Positions 9,114 through 18,781 of a stretch of DNA of 64,000 bases are shown here, one piece after another. The number at the start of each line of letters is the position of its first letter. Positions within the stretch are counted from its first letter, which is position 1. A program made the translations under genes and the position numbers. Source of the DNA: an uncultured Candidatus Saccharibacteria bacterium (GTDB lineage Bacteria > Patescibacteriota > Saccharimonadia > Saccharimonadales > UBA4665); contig CAYRQK010000001.1 of assembly GCA_964426605.1 (NCBI GenBank), positions 16,419 through 80,418 on the forward strand. The letters are read 5' to 3'. A model generated the notes under the pieces. That model was not told the DNA's origin. It searched no databases and was given only the letters and a program-made list of their open reading frames with translations.

Positions 9114-9473
9114 TCAGAGCTCGGAACTGGGCCGGTACTGGGGAGGAGTCTGGCTGTAGTCACCAATGCGAGCACGCTCGAACGGTGATCTATTGCGGAG
9201 GTCGTAGCGACCAGTAGCTTGGGCGGCAAAATTAATATTACCGTAGCCGGCATTCGCGAGTCCGAAGCGGGTACGCATCTGCGCGTTCTGCCAGAAGGTG
9301 TTGGACCTCCGAGCTCGGTCGAGCAGGTAGACAATGCGACCCAGGCGGATCACAACGAGTGCGAGCAGCACGAGCACGGCAATCTGGAACGAGGCCGTCG
9401 GGTGAGTCTGGACAATGTCCACACCCTTGGTGATCGGTCCTTCGAGCCAGCTGAGCGGGTTGAGGTTGAACAT
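9114..9473 (-). CDS. hypothetical single-pass membrane protein
   Basis: The ATG at 9473 (MFNLNPLSW...) is preceded by AGAAAGG 8 nt upstream. One TM helix (FQIAVLVLLALVVIRLG). Confidence 0.5.
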   Translation of the reverse strand: MFNLNPLSWLEGPITKGVDIVQTHPTASFQIAVLVLLALVVIRLGRIVYLLDRARRSNTFWQNAQMRTRFGLANAGYGNINFAAQATGRYDLRNRSPFERARIGDYSQTPPQYRPSSEL

Positions 9474-9746
9474 GTTGGTGCCTTTCTGTTGATGAGTAAT
9501 GATGGGGTGCGGCCAAACGATAGAGTATCGCGTCGTCACAACCCACCATCGACACCAACACCATAAAAGGCAATCTAACAGAGAATTTGTTAAAGTGCTT
9601 CGGAGAAAAGTATTTCTCGACGAAACTATATAATTCTGTCATAAATACTAGTAAATGTCAATACACTCCAAGAAGGAAAGCTTACTGTATTTCTGAAGGG
9701 AACAGGGTACAATAAACCATAAGCCTGTTTTCAGGCCTTATACGTA

Positions 9747-12314
9747 ATGGCAAATATTTCTGACACACTTTCTGGCGCCTCGCGGCGCAAAGTTCCTTCT
9801 CACCAAGAGGGAGTTGTTTTATTACTACAGGTGCCACGTACTAATGACAAAAAAGAGCTGGCCGCCGAGCAGATGTTTGCCAGTCTGCACGGCTTGCTCA
9901 ATACACCGTCGCACAAGCGGTTCACACCGCCCAAGCGCGAGTGTCTGAGCTTTGAGATAGCGGTTATTGGCAAGCGCATCGGTTTCTACGTGTGGGTTCC
10001 AACGTATCTGAAAGATTTTGTCGAAGAGCAGATCTATGCTCAGTATCCGACGGTGCAGATATCCGAAGTACCGGACTATACGCGGAATGATGTGCCGCAT
10101 TTTACGACCACACTGGTTACCGAGATGAAAATGACCACGCACGAAGCCCTGCCTATCAAGACGTTCCAGAGCTTCGAGGTTGATCCGCTGGCCGCCATTA
10201 CTGCTACACTCGCCAAGTTTGAGGAAGACGAGGAGGCTTGGATCCAGTTGCTCATTCGACCAGCTGAGCCTAAGTGGCACAAGAAGAGCGAGCGCTACAT
10301 CGCTGGTCTCAAGGGCGGCACCGGCAGTCGAGGTATCACTCGCGGTCTGGCCGAGGCGTTGTGGAAACCGCCAGAATACAAAACCGAGACTGTCAAGTTG
10401 GCTGATTATGACCAAACCAAAGTCGGCAGTGCCGAGGAAAAAAGCCAAAAATTAGCGTACGAGACCAACCTGACTATTGTTTACCGCGGGCATATGCCGC
10501 GGCCCCAGGCCCAACTGCGTCTACAGTCCATAGTTGCCAGCTACAAGCAGTTCAATACGACCTACTTGAACGGCTACGAAGCCAAGCGTATCAGTGATGA
10601 TCCGTATCGTATTAGCCTATATCAGGCACGGCATTTTGAGCGAAAGGGCAACCTCCTGAATATCGAAGAGGTGGCCACCATGTACCATCTGCCGCACACC
10701 AACGTGGAGACGCCGTATATCTTGTGGGCTATGAGTCAAACGGCCGAGCCACCGGCCAATCTGCCGATAGTAACTACCGCGTATCGTGATGACGTCAGCC
10801 CAGTGGGCAATACCAATTTCCGTGGTCGCAACACTATGTTTGGCATGCCGCGGTCCGATCGCGGTCGGCACCTGTATATCTTAGGGCAAACTGGTGTTGG
10901 TAAATCTGGCCTTTTGGAACTACTAACAATATCCGATATCTACAGTCCGTATGGTTTTGCTGTCATCGATCCACACGGCGATTATGCGGTGAACGTACTA
11001 CGGCGCATCCCGGCCGAGCGGGCCGATGACGTAATCTATTTCAATCCTGCCGATACTGATTTTCCGATTGCCTTCAACCCCATGGAGGTTACCGATCCCA
11101 AGCTCAAAACACACACGGCGTCCGAGCTCATCGGTGTCCTCAAGCGTATGTTCGAGAGTTGGGGTCCGCGTCTGGAATATATCTTGCGTTACAGCTTGCT
11201 AGCACTGCTTGATTATCCCAATGCCACGATGCTCGACATCACCCGCATCTTAACTGACAAAAAGTTCCGCAACGAAGTGCTAGACTACGTCGAAGATCCA
11301 GTAGTGCGCAACTTCTGGACCATCGAATTTGCCAGCTGGAATGATAAATTTGCCGCCGAAGCCGTCGCACCGGTGCTCAACAAAGTCGGTGCCTTTACGG
11401 CCAACCCGCTGGTGCGCAACATCATTGGTCAGCCCAAGAGCAGCTTCAATATTCGGCAAATCATGGACGAGCGCAAAATCCTCATCGTCAACCTCAGCCG
11501 CGGCTTGGTGGGCGAGGACAATGCCAGCCTACTAGGTTCGTTGATGGTTACCAAAATGCAGCTAGGCGCCATGAGTCGAGCCGATATTCCGGCTGAGCAT
11601 CGCAGCCCGTTCTATCTGTATGTTGACGAATTCCAGAACTTTGCTACCGACAGTTTTGCCACTATATTGAGCGAGGCCCGCAAGTACGGCCTCAACCTGA
11701 CGGTTGCCAACCAGTATATTGCCCAGATGCCCATGGAGGTTAAAGATGCGGTGTTTGGTAACGTTGGATCGATCGTATCGTTCCGGATGAGTGCCGACGA
11801 CTCGCGCACCATGGAGCGCTACTTTGAGCCACAGTTTACACAGCATGACTTAGTACACATGCACAATCGTCATTTTGTCATCAGCATGACTATCGAGGGT
11901 GAAAAGGTCCCCGGTTTCTCGGCGATTTCACTCAATTTGCCACCGCAAAACGAAGACCATTCAGCATATATTATCGACCATAGTCGAGCCACTTACAGTG
12001 TCAGCCGCGATTTTGTTGATCGCTACATCCACGAGCGCTACTTAGTTGATGCGCCCAAGGCTGCCCGGCCAGCAGCGGCCCCAAGGACCCCTAAGCAATT
12101 ACCCAAAACAAAGACATCTGTATTGCCAATCACTGCTCCGGTTGAGGGGAAACCAGCGCCGCTCCAACCACAGGCGGCTGCATCTCCTGTCGCACCGGTT
12201 TCGCCAGTCAAACCGAAGCGCCGCCGCACTCGCCGCCGCAAAAAACCGACTGCCGTCACCGGTCAATCGTCTGGTGATATGTCGGGCGACAGTGGCACCA
12301 TTCACTTGAAATAG
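9747..12314 (+). CDS. FtsK/HerA-superfamily ATPase, VirD4/TraD (T4SS coupling protein)-like, with disordered polybasic C-terminal tail
   Basis: 855 aa. Walker A is GQTGVGKSG, followed by AVIDPHGDY; Walker B is FYLYVDEFQNF. The C-terminal ~100 aa are Pro/Ala-rich and end in KPKRRRTRRRKKP. Confidence 0.7.
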   Translation: MANISDTLSGASRRKVPSHQEGVVLLLQVPRTNDKKELAAEQMFASLHGLLNTPSHKRFTPPKRECLSFEIAVIGKRIGFYVWVPTYLKDFVEEQIYAQYPTVQISEVPDYTRNDVPHFTTTLVTEMKMTTHEALPIKTFQSFEVDPLAAITATLAKFEEDEEAWIQLLIRPAEPKWHKKSERYIAGLKGGTGSRGITRGLAEALWKPPEYKTETVKLADYDQTKVGSAEEKSQKLAYETNLTIVYRGHMPRPQAQLRLQSIVASYKQFNTTYLNGYEAKRISDDPYRISLYQARHFERKGNLLNIEEVATMYHLPHTNVETPYILWAMSQTAEPPANLPIVTTAYRDDVSPVGNTNFRGRNTMFGMPRSDRGRHLYILGQTGVGKSGLLELLTISDIYSPYGFAVIDPHGDYAVNVLRRIPAERADDVIYFNPADTDFPIAFNPMEVTDPKLKTHTASELIGVLKRMFESWGPRLEYILRYSLLALLDYPNATMLDITRILTDKKFRNEVLDYVEDPVVRNFWTIEFASWNDKFAAEAVAPVLNKVGAFTANPLVRNIIGQPKSSFNIRQIMDERKILIVNLSRGLVGEDNASLLGSLMVTKMQLGAMSRADIPAEHRSPFYLYVDEFQNFATDSFATILSEARKYGLNLTVANQYIAQMPMEVKDAVFGNVGSIVSFRMSADDSRTMERYFEPQFTQHDLVHMHNRHFVISMTIEGEKVPGFSAISLNLPPQNEDHSAYIIDHSRATYSVSRDFVDRYIHERYLVDAPKAARPAAAPRTPKQLPKTKTSVLPITAPVEGKPAPLQPQAAASPVAPVSPVKPKRRRTRRRKKPTAVTGQSSGDMSGDSGTIHLK

Positions 12315-12381
12315 GCTGTTTTTGGGGTGTTTTTGATGCCCAGGTGCTCTATACTATCAGGCAGAATAGCTCTCTAGAATC

Positions 12382-13974
12382 ATGAATCCGACTGCACCAA
12401 CCACACCCCGAAAGAAGCGCGTGCCACTTGCCAGTGTGGCAACGCTGTTGATTGTGACCTCGCTGATTGGCCAAGTGCTCGGTTTCTTGCGAACCAAGCT
12501 GGTCAATTCCAACTTTGCCGCTACCGGTCCGCAGAGTACCGATTCCTATTTTGCCGCCTTCAACATCCCCGATTTCTTCTTTTTCACCTTGGCTGCCGGC
12601 GCACTGGGGGTGGCGCTCATGCCAGTGATCAGTGATCATTTACAGCGTGGTGACCGCAAAGCCGTCAACGAACTAGTCTCCAGCCTGCTCAATATGTTGG
12701 CGATTATCATGTTTGTCGTCGGCATCTTTTTGTTTGTGTTTGCGCGTACGCTTATCAGCCACGTGGTGCCCAACATGTCGCCGCCGCAGCTTGATAATGC
12801 CACAACTATCATGCGGCTGATTGCGTTTAACCCGCTCTTCTTCACGATCTCCGGCATCTTGACCAGCTTGCAGCAATCGCTCGGTCGGTTCTTTTTCTAC
12901 GCTATTGCACCACTATTTTATAACGCCTGTATCATCGCCAGTATCTACATCTTCAAGCATAATATTGGCCTGGTTGGCCTCGGTTTGGGTGCATTGATCG
13001 GCTCGATTGCCCAGATGCTGATCATTGGGCTCGGTACGTTCAAGCTGCGCTACCGGTGGAAGCCACGAATCTTGTGGCGGCGCAGCGATTTCCGGCTGGT
13101 ACTTAAGCAGTTGCCGCCGCGTTCACTGGACCAGGGCGTTGATCAACTGAACTCCATCGTAGAAACGCGCTTCGCGCGGCGCCTAGGTGACGGCTATATT
13201 AGCTACTATAGCAATGCCTATACGTTGTCGACGGCACCGGCTTTGCTGATCGGTACCGCCATATCTACGGCAGCATTCCCGCGACTCAACCAACGCCTTA
13301 GCCAGGGGCGGCCCGATTTGTTCCGCAAAGATTTTCTGTTGGTACTACGGATTATTATCTGGATCACTGCGCCGGTCGTTGTAGTGGCATATTTTGGCCG
13401 GGGTTATCTAGCCCGTATGATCTTCTCGCGTGATGCGCCAGAAATTGCCCTGATTTTTGGCTTCCTAGCAGGCGCTATCTTTTTCCGCACCGTGTATACA
13501 CTGGTATCACGTTGGTTTTATGCCCAAAAGGACACAATGACGCCCATGATTGTCTCGCTGTTTACGATTACGCTCAATATTGCGCTGGCGTATATTCTGT
13601 CGAAACAGACCAGCTACGGTGTGGCTGGTCTAGCAATTGCCCAGTCGATTGTGGCCATGACGGAGGTATTTGTCTTGATGACGATTATGGTCGCACGTGA
13701 TCACCAGCTACTCAATAAGGAATTCTGGGGTGGCTGCGCACGTATCTTATCAGTGACGGGCTTTAGTGTCATCGCTGGCTTTGTGATGATATCTATCTAT
13801 CCCTTGCAGGCGGCCGACCAGGGTATCATCACCCTAGGAAGCAAGCTGGGCTTCATCACCGTGGTCGTGTTCTCGACTCACTTGCTTATCTCTGGATTGT
13901 TTGGCCTGAGTGAGGTCCAGCCAATTTATGCTCGACTCCGCAAAATCATTTTCCGTCCGGTCCGGCTCGAATAG
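12382..13974 (+). CDS. murJ: lipid II flippase MurJ (MviN family)
   Basis: 530 aa with about 14 TM helices. N-terminus is typical of MurJ (LGFLRTKLVNSNFAATGPQSTDSYFAAFNIPDFFF). Confidence 0.88.
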   Translation: MNPTAPTTPRKKRVPLASVATLLIVTSLIGQVLGFLRTKLVNSNFAATGPQSTDSYFAAFNIPDFFFFTLAAGALGVALMPVISDHLQRGDRKAVNELVSSLLNMLAIIMFVVGIFLFVFARTLISHVVPNMSPPQLDNATTIMRLIAFNPLFFTISGILTSLQQSLGRFFFYAIAPLFYNACIIASIYIFKHNIGLVGLGLGALIGSIAQMLIIGLGTFKLRYRWKPRILWRRSDFRLVLKQLPPRSLDQGVDQLNSIVETRFARRLGDGYISYYSNAYTLSTAPALLIGTAISTAAFPRLNQRLSQGRPDLFRKDFLLVLRIIIWITAPVVVVAYFGRGYLARMIFSRDAPEIALIFGFLAGAIFFRTVYTLVSRWFYAQKDTMTPMIVSLFTITLNIALAYILSKQTSYGVAGLAIAQSIVAMTEVFVLMTIMVARDHQLLNKEFWGGCARILSVTGFSVIAGFVMISIYPLQAADQGIITLGSKLGFITVVVFSTHLLISGLFGLSEVQPIYARLRKIIFRPVRLE

Positions 13975-14001
13975 CTGCCACCTCTGTTATAATAGACAGC
14001 A

Positions 14002-15807
14002 ATGAACCAAGACCATATTCGGAACTTTTGTATAGTGGCACATATCGACCATGGCAAATCAACGCTGGCTGACCGTTTGCTGGAGCTAACTGGCACGGTG
14101 CAGAAACGTGATATGAAGGCGCAGTTGCTCGACCGCATGGATCTAGAGCGCGAAAAGGGTATTACTATCAAGCTGGCCCCCGTCCGTATGCAGTACAAAG
14201 ACTACGAGCTGAACCTGATCGACACCCCCGGACACGTCGATTTTAGTTATGAGGTATCTCGGAGCCTTGAGGCCTGCGAGGGGGCTTTGCTCGTAGTAGA
14301 TGCCAGTCAGGGCATCCAGGCCCAGACACTGGCCAACGTGTATCTGGCAATGGCCGCCAATCTGGCAATCATCCCCGTTTTGAACAAAATAGACCTACCG
14401 GCTGCCGATGTTGAACGCGTGGGTGCTGAAATAGTCAGCTTGTTGGGTTGCCAATTCGAGGACATTATACAGATATCGGCCAAAACTGGCTTAGGTGTTG
14501 AAACGGTGCTGGAGCGCATCGTCACCGATGTCCCATCGCCATCTAGAGGTCCGACCTCTAACGGCGAAAGTGACCTGGATGCAACGGATACGAGGGCGTT
14601 AATTTTTGATAGCTACTACGATGATTATCGCGGTGTAATTTTGTATGTACGGGTGTTTGAGGGTGAAATTGGCAAGGGTGTTCACATTCGCATGATGGCC
14701 ACCGGCGCCAACGGCATTGCACTAGAGGTCGGTGCGCTCAGGCCTCAAATGTCACCCGGCAAAGGTTTGGCCGCCGGCGAGATTGGCTACATCGTCACCA
14801 ACCTCAAAACCACTCGTGATGCCAAGGTGGGTGACACGGTTACGCTCACAGCTCAGCCTGCCACCCAAATGTTGCCTGGCTACAGGGATGTACGACCGTT
14901 TGTGTATGCGGGCTTCTTCCCGGAGAGCAATGAATTCTATCAGGAGTTGAAGGACGCTGTTGAGAAGCTTTCTTTGAGCGACAGTGCCTTGCAATTCGAG
15001 CCGGAGAATTCGCCGGTGCTAGGCTTTGGTGTGCGCATTGGTTTCTTGGGTTTACTGCATATGGATATTGTGCGCGAGCGACTAGAGCGCGAGTACAACC
15101 TGGAGTTAGTGGTCACTAACCCCTCAACCGACTACCAAGTGACGATGACGAATGGGGAAGAGATTGATATCAAGAGTGCTGCCGACCTGCCCGATCCGGC
15201 ACACATCGAGGAGATTCATGAGCCGTGGATCAAGGGCGAAATTGTTGTCCCGGATAGGTATGTTGGTGCGGTCATTCAGCTCATTAATAGCAAGCGCGGC
15301 TTGCACAAGAATCTTAGCTATGTCGATACGCAAGCACTCGTCAGCTTCGAGGCGCCGCTGGCCAATTTACTAACGGATTTTTACGATCAACTCAAAAGTA
15401 TTACGAGTGGCTACGGTAGCTTCAACTACGAGCTTGATGATTACCGGGCGGAAGATTTGGTGCGGGTAGATTTCTACGTGGCTGGCGAAATAGTCGGTGC
15501 GCTCAGTGTCATGGCTCACCGCTCGGAGGCGCAGAGCCTAGGTCGTACCACAGTTGAGAAACTCAAGGAAGTCATACCACGGCAGAATTTCCAGGTGGCA
15601 TTGCAGGCAGCCATTGGCGGTAAGTTTATCGCTCGCGAAGACTTGAGTGCCTACCGCAAAGACGTTACAACTGGTCTGTACGGTGGTGATGTGTCGCGCA
15701 AGAAAAAGGTCTTGGCCAAACAGGCTAAAGGCAAAAAACGCATGAAGCGCTTTGGTAAGGTTGATATTCCAGCCGAAGCCTTCACCATCATGCTCAAACG
15801 AGATTAG
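14002..15807 (+). CDS. lepA: translation elongation factor 4 (LepA)
   Basis: IRNFCIVAHIDHGKSTLADRLL, DTPGHVDF and NKIDL motifs, plus the conserved LepA C-terminal domain. TATAAT (13988-13993) lies 8 nt upstream of the ATG. Confidence 0.98.
   Translation: MNQDHIRNFCIVAHIDHGKSTLADRLLELTGTVQKRDMKAQLLDRMDLEREKGITIKLAPVRMQYKDYELNLIDTPGHVDFSYEVSRSLEACEGALLVVDASQGIQAQTLANVYLAMAANLAIIPVLNKIDLPAADVERVGAEIVSLLGCQFEDIIQISAKTGLGVETVLERIVTDVPSPSRGPTSNGESDLDATDTRALIFDSYYDDYRGVILYVRVFEGEIGKGVHIRMMATGANGIALEVGALRPQMSPGKGLAAGEIGYIVTNLKTTRDAKVGDTVTLTAQPATQMLPGYRDVRPFVYAGFFPESNEFYQELKDAVEKLSLSDSALQFEPENSPVLGFGVRIGFLGLLHMDIVRERLEREYNLELVVTNPSTDYQVTMTNGEEIDIKSAADLPDPAHIEEIHEPWIKGEIVVPDRYVGAVIQLINSKRGLHKNLSYVDTQALVSFEAPLANLLTDFYDQLKSITSGYGSFNYELDDYRAEDLVRVDFYVAGEIVGALSVMAHRSEAQSLGRTTVEKLKEVIPRQNFQVALQAAIGGKFIAREDLSAYRKDVTTGLYGGDVSRKKKVLAKQAKGKKRMKRFGKVDIPAEAFTIMLKRD
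14542..14560. repeat. REP-like palindrome embedded in the lepA coding sequence
   Basis: TCTAGAGGTCCGACCTCTA is read in frame as S-R-G-P-T-S. It contains a 17-nt perfect palindrome at 14544-14560. Confidence 0.75.
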
Positions 15808-15871
15808 CCAGTCGTCTTGCTCGCTTGCTCTGTTGACATTCTGTCATGAGAGTTTACAGTAGTGTCCAATC

Positions 15872-16114
15872 ATGACTAATTGTGAGCACTACGGTCAAAT
15901 GAATAAAGACCCCGAGTCGGGGGATTGCGACATTATTGATTTTGGGCTGTGGCGTAGCCGCAAGGGCGCCCGGGCCTACTTGGACCAATTTGAGGAGTCG
16001 GTACCAGAGCAAAAGTTCCGGCTACATCTGATGTACGATCAGGCAGCAGCAGATCAACAACAGTTTTTTACAAGTGGTCACCAGCCGCCCGAGCACGGCG
16101 ATATCTCGTATTAG
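15872..16114 (+). CDS. hypothetical small acidic protein
   Basis: 80 aa. An upstream TTGACA-16-TACAGT promoter-like pair lies at about 15833-15860. No homology recognised. Confidence 0.4.
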   Translation: MTNCEHYGQMNKDPESGDCDIIDFGLWRSRKGARAYLDQFEESVPEQKFRLHLMYDQAAADQQQFFTSGHQPPEHGDISY

Positions 16115-16569
16115 GCTTGGAGTGTCTTGAGATCTTGGATAATCTCGGCGGCGTGCGTTTTGGGGTCAACACCACGATATTCTTTAACAATCTGGCCATC
16201 TGGGCTGATGATAAATGTGTTGCGCTCGGTACCCATGTACTCACGGCCCATGAACTTTTTTGGTTTCCAGCTGTCGTAAGTTTCGATAACTTTGTGCTCG
16301 GTGTCGCTTAGGATTGTAAAGTTGAGATGGTATTTCTCGGCGAATTTCTTGTGACTAGCGACCGAGTCCTTGCTGATGCCGACCACCTCGACGTTGCCGA
16401 TTGCTGTAATATCATCCCGTTCGTCGCGGAAGTTACAGGCTTCTTTGGTGCAACCCGGGGTATCGTCCTTGGGGTAAAAGTACAGCACCAGCCACCGGCC
16501 GGCGTAGCTGGCTAGCGTTTTGGTATTGTCGTCTTGATCTTGGAGCGAGAAGTTGGGGGCTTGTTTCAT
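16111..16569 (-). CDS. bcp: thioredoxin-dependent thiol peroxidase (peroxiredoxin Bcp)
   Basis: The FYPKDDTPGCTKEAC active-site motif is typical of Bcp/PrxQ. Confidence 0.92.
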   Translation of the reverse strand: MKQAPNFSLQDQDDNTKTLASYAGRWLVLYFYPKDDTPGCTKEACNFRDERDDITAIGNVEVVGISKDSVASHKKFAEKYHLNFTILSDTEHKVIETYDSWKPKKFMGREYMGTERNTFIISPDGQIVKEYRGVDPKTHAAEIIQDLKTLQA

Positions 16570-16623
16570 ACCCTTTACTATACTCGCTTGCGTCGCCCCG
16601 CGACTACCCCGTATACTTGGACG

Positions 16624-17340
16624 GTGGAAGAGACTTTACAGCAACTCGTCGATTCGTATCGCGTTTCTCCAGAAGCAGTCGAGCTCGTTAAGACGACGCC
16701 AATCGTGTTACTGGTGGGCGTCAGTGGGGCCGGCAAAGATACTATTAAGCATCGTTTGCTCGCAACGGGTAACTATCATCACATTGTGTCGCACACTACG
16801 CGACTCCCTCGCGAGAACGGTGGTGTGCTCGAGCAAAGTGGCGTCGAGTATCACTTTATTACCAAGGAACAAGCCGCTGACATGCTCCGTGCCGGTAAGT
16901 TCGTCGAGGCTAAGAAATACGGCGAAAATATTTACGGTACCAGCGTGGCTGAGATTCAAAGGGCACATGACGAGGGCAAAATAGCTATTACGGACATCGA
17001 AGTTCAGGGCGTTGCCGAATACAAGGCTATTTCGTCCGGCGTGATCGCTGAGTTTATTTTGCCGCCCAGTTATGAGGAATGGCAGCGTCGTCTGCAGGCT
17101 CGTTATGGTTCGCAAGGGGCTGACCCAGTCGATATGGACAAACGTATGCGCACTGCAATCATTGAGCTCAGAGAAGCGCTTGACAAGCCGTACTATCACT
17201 TCGTCGTTAACGAACATATTGATGAAGCGGTAAGGGCAGCAGACAGTATTGCGCACCACTACGATCAATTTACGACCATCGATCAAAGTTTTCGTATCTG
17301 GGCCGAGCGCTTACTCGAAGCCCTGCAGGCTGGTTCCTGA
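16624..17340 (+). CDS. gmk: guanylate kinase
   Basis: P-loop GVSGAGKDT and the SHTTRLPRENG...GVEYHFI motif. The start is uncertain. The track start at 16534 would overlap bcp by 36 nt. The GTG at 16624 sits 6 nt after TATACT (16612-16617). Confidence 0.8.
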   Translation: MEETLQQLVDSYRVSPEAVELVKTTPIVLLVGVSGAGKDTIKHRLLATGNYHHIVSHTTRLPRENGGVLEQSGVEYHFITKEQAADMLRAGKFVEAKKYGENIYGTSVAEIQRAHDEGKIAITDIEVQGVAEYKAISSGVIAEFILPPSYEEWQRRLQARYGSQGADPVDMDKRMRTAIIELREALDKPYYHFVVNEHIDEAVRAADSIAHHYDQFTTIDQSFRIWAERLLEALQAGS

Positions 17341-17344
17341 AATA

Positions 17345-17371
17345 CTGGCACTCTAGACTTTTGAGTGCCAA
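17345..17371 (+). promoter_or_regulatory. CIRCE operator (HrcA box) overlapping the hrcA promoter
   Basis: CTGGCACTC-TAGACTTTT-GAGTGCCAA is an inverted repeat with a 9-nt spacer. The spacer contains the -35-like TAGACT, and TATAAT lies 16 nt downstream at 17376-17381. Confidence 0.85.
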
Positions 17372-17391
17372 AACGTTATAATTGGTGCACT

Positions 17392-18102
17392 ATGACGAGT
17401 CGACAGCAACAGATTTTACGGGCCATTGTCGAGCAATATGCCGAAGTTGCCAGTCCGGTTGGCAGTAGCTTGCTGGCCAAGGTTTTCGACGTGTCGAGCG
17501 CTACGGTACGTGCTGAAATGGCTGAGCTAGAGCGTGGTGGCTACATCATGCAGCCGCATACCAGTGCCGGCCGCATCCCGACCGACAAGGGTTACCGTCT
17601 GTATGTAAATAACCTGACCGAGGGTGGTGAGCACGACATACTTGCCGAAAAACGTGGTGAGCGGGCTCTCGTGCAACGCGTGCAAGCTGGCGGCGCGCCG
17701 GAGCGCCAAATCCGCAACGCGGTCGACACACTAGTACAGCTAACTCAGAATTTAGGTTTGGCTACAATTGGCAATCAACTGTACATGAGTGGTCTATCCA
17801 ACCTATTTGGTCAACCGGAGTTTATGAATGGTCAGCAAGTGCAACAAGTTGCTCGTTTGCTCGATAACCTGGAGCCGTGGCTGCGTGAAGCCGCCCCCAA
17901 TGAGCCCCTCAGTGTCTACATAGGTCAAGAGAACCCTATTGGTCGCACCGCCGGCTGCAGCCTTATTATTAGCCGTTTCCGCAGCCCATTTAGCGATCGT
18001 AGTTACATCGGCCTACTGGGTCCGACTCGCCAAAGTTACCGCGAGAGTATGCTGCTTGTGCGCCGGGCTGGCGAAGAACTCGAGGAGGCCATCTATGCTT
18101 AA
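17392..18102 (+). CDS. hrcA: heat-inducible transcription repressor HrcA (short form)
   Basis: MTSRQQQILRAIVEQYAEVASPVGSSLLAK...VSSATVRAEMAELERGGYIMQPHTSAGRIPTDKGYRLYV. Only 236 aa. The track start at 17365 falls inside the CIRCE and the -10. Confidence 0.9.
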   Translation: MTSRQQQILRAIVEQYAEVASPVGSSLLAKVFDVSSATVRAEMAELERGGYIMQPHTSAGRIPTDKGYRLYVNNLTEGGEHDILAEKRGERALVQRVQAGGAPERQIRNAVDTLVQLTQNLGLATIGNQLYMSGLSNLFGQPEFMNGQQVQQVARLLDNLEPWLREAAPNEPLSVYIGQENPIGRTAGCSLIISRFRSPFSDRSYIGLLGPTRQSYRESMLLVRRAGEELEEAIYA

Positions 18103-18316
18103 GAAATCTTTACGTGTCGTCGACAGAGTGAGCGAAGAAATCATCGAACACCCCATCAGAAATGCCAAAATCGCGGCCGGTACTATCATTGCCTGCCTCG
18201 CTTTGGAAAAACTTCATGAGGGTTACAACACGTGGCGTGATCGTTCCGCGGAGGAGCCTACTCTCCGGGAGGAAATGCCGGCTCAACCACAACCATTGGA
18301 GGACTACCATGAGTGA
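18095..18316 (+). CDS. small hypothetical protein inserted between hrcA and grpE
   Basis: 73 aa (MLKKSLRVVDRV...). A strong SD, GAGGAGG, lies 7 nt upstream. The ATG lies 3 nt upstream of the hrcA stop, so the two ORFs overlap by 8 nt, and the ORF end overlaps the grpE start by 8 nt. Confidence 0.5.
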   Translation: MLKKSLRVVDRVSEEIIEHPIRNAKIAAGTIIACLALEKLHEGYNTWRDRSAEEPTLREEMPAQPQPLEDYHE

Positions 18317-18779
18317 TAAGAAAAAAGTCACTAAACGGCCCGCAGCCGACAGTGCGCAACAAATTGCCCAGCTGACCGAAGCGTTGCAACGCGAACGGGC
18401 TGATGCTACGAATATCCGCCGTCGTCATGACGAAGAAATGACCAACCTGCGCAGCCGTGTAAAATCCGCCGTCGTCCAAGACTTGCTGCCGATTATCGAT
18501 AACTTTGATCGGGCACTCAAGCACGTACCCAAGGACCTCGAAGGCAATGGCTATGTCAGTGGTATACAAAGTATAGTAAAGCAATTCGAGAAGACGCTAA
18601 CAGATATGGGTGTGGAACGCATCAAGACTGTCGGTGAGCCATTCAACCCGCACTTGCATGAAGCCGTCAGTATGGAAGAGGGCGATAGTGGTGAGGAGAT
18701 TATCAGCGAAGAATTGCAGCCGGGCTACAAGATTGGCGACGACATTGTCCGTCATGCCATGGTACGCGTTAAGGGTTAG
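18309..18779 (+). CDS. grpE: nucleotide exchange factor GrpE
   Basis: The ATG at 18309 is preceded by GGAGGA. Conserved LLPIIDNFDRAL and FNPHLHEAV motifs. Confidence 0.92.
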   Translation: MSDKKKVTKRPAADSAQQIAQLTEALQRERADATNIRRRHDEEMTNLRSRVKSAVVQDLLPIIDNFDRALKHVPKDLEGNGYVSGIQSIVKQFEKTLTDMGVERIKTVGEPFNPHLHEAVSMEEGDSGEEIISEELQPGYKIGDDIVRHAMVRVKG

Positions 18780-18781
18780 CA

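Noticed and set aside
16534-16623. 5' extensions of track ORFs: gmk from 16534, hrcA from 17365, grpE from 18162, histidine phosphatase from 34834, pilA from 44452, pilO from 39636, pilN from 40232, RAYT from 47806, recX from 49965, tsaE from 52765, rny from 54489, comEC from 31807, and the 4917 start.
   Set aside because: The extensions overlap neighbouring genes, operators or -10 boxes, and they lack family-conserved sequence. Downstream starts have SD or -10 support and match typical N-termini (for example MINLLPP, MKITVVRHGETEGN, G|FTIVE spacing).
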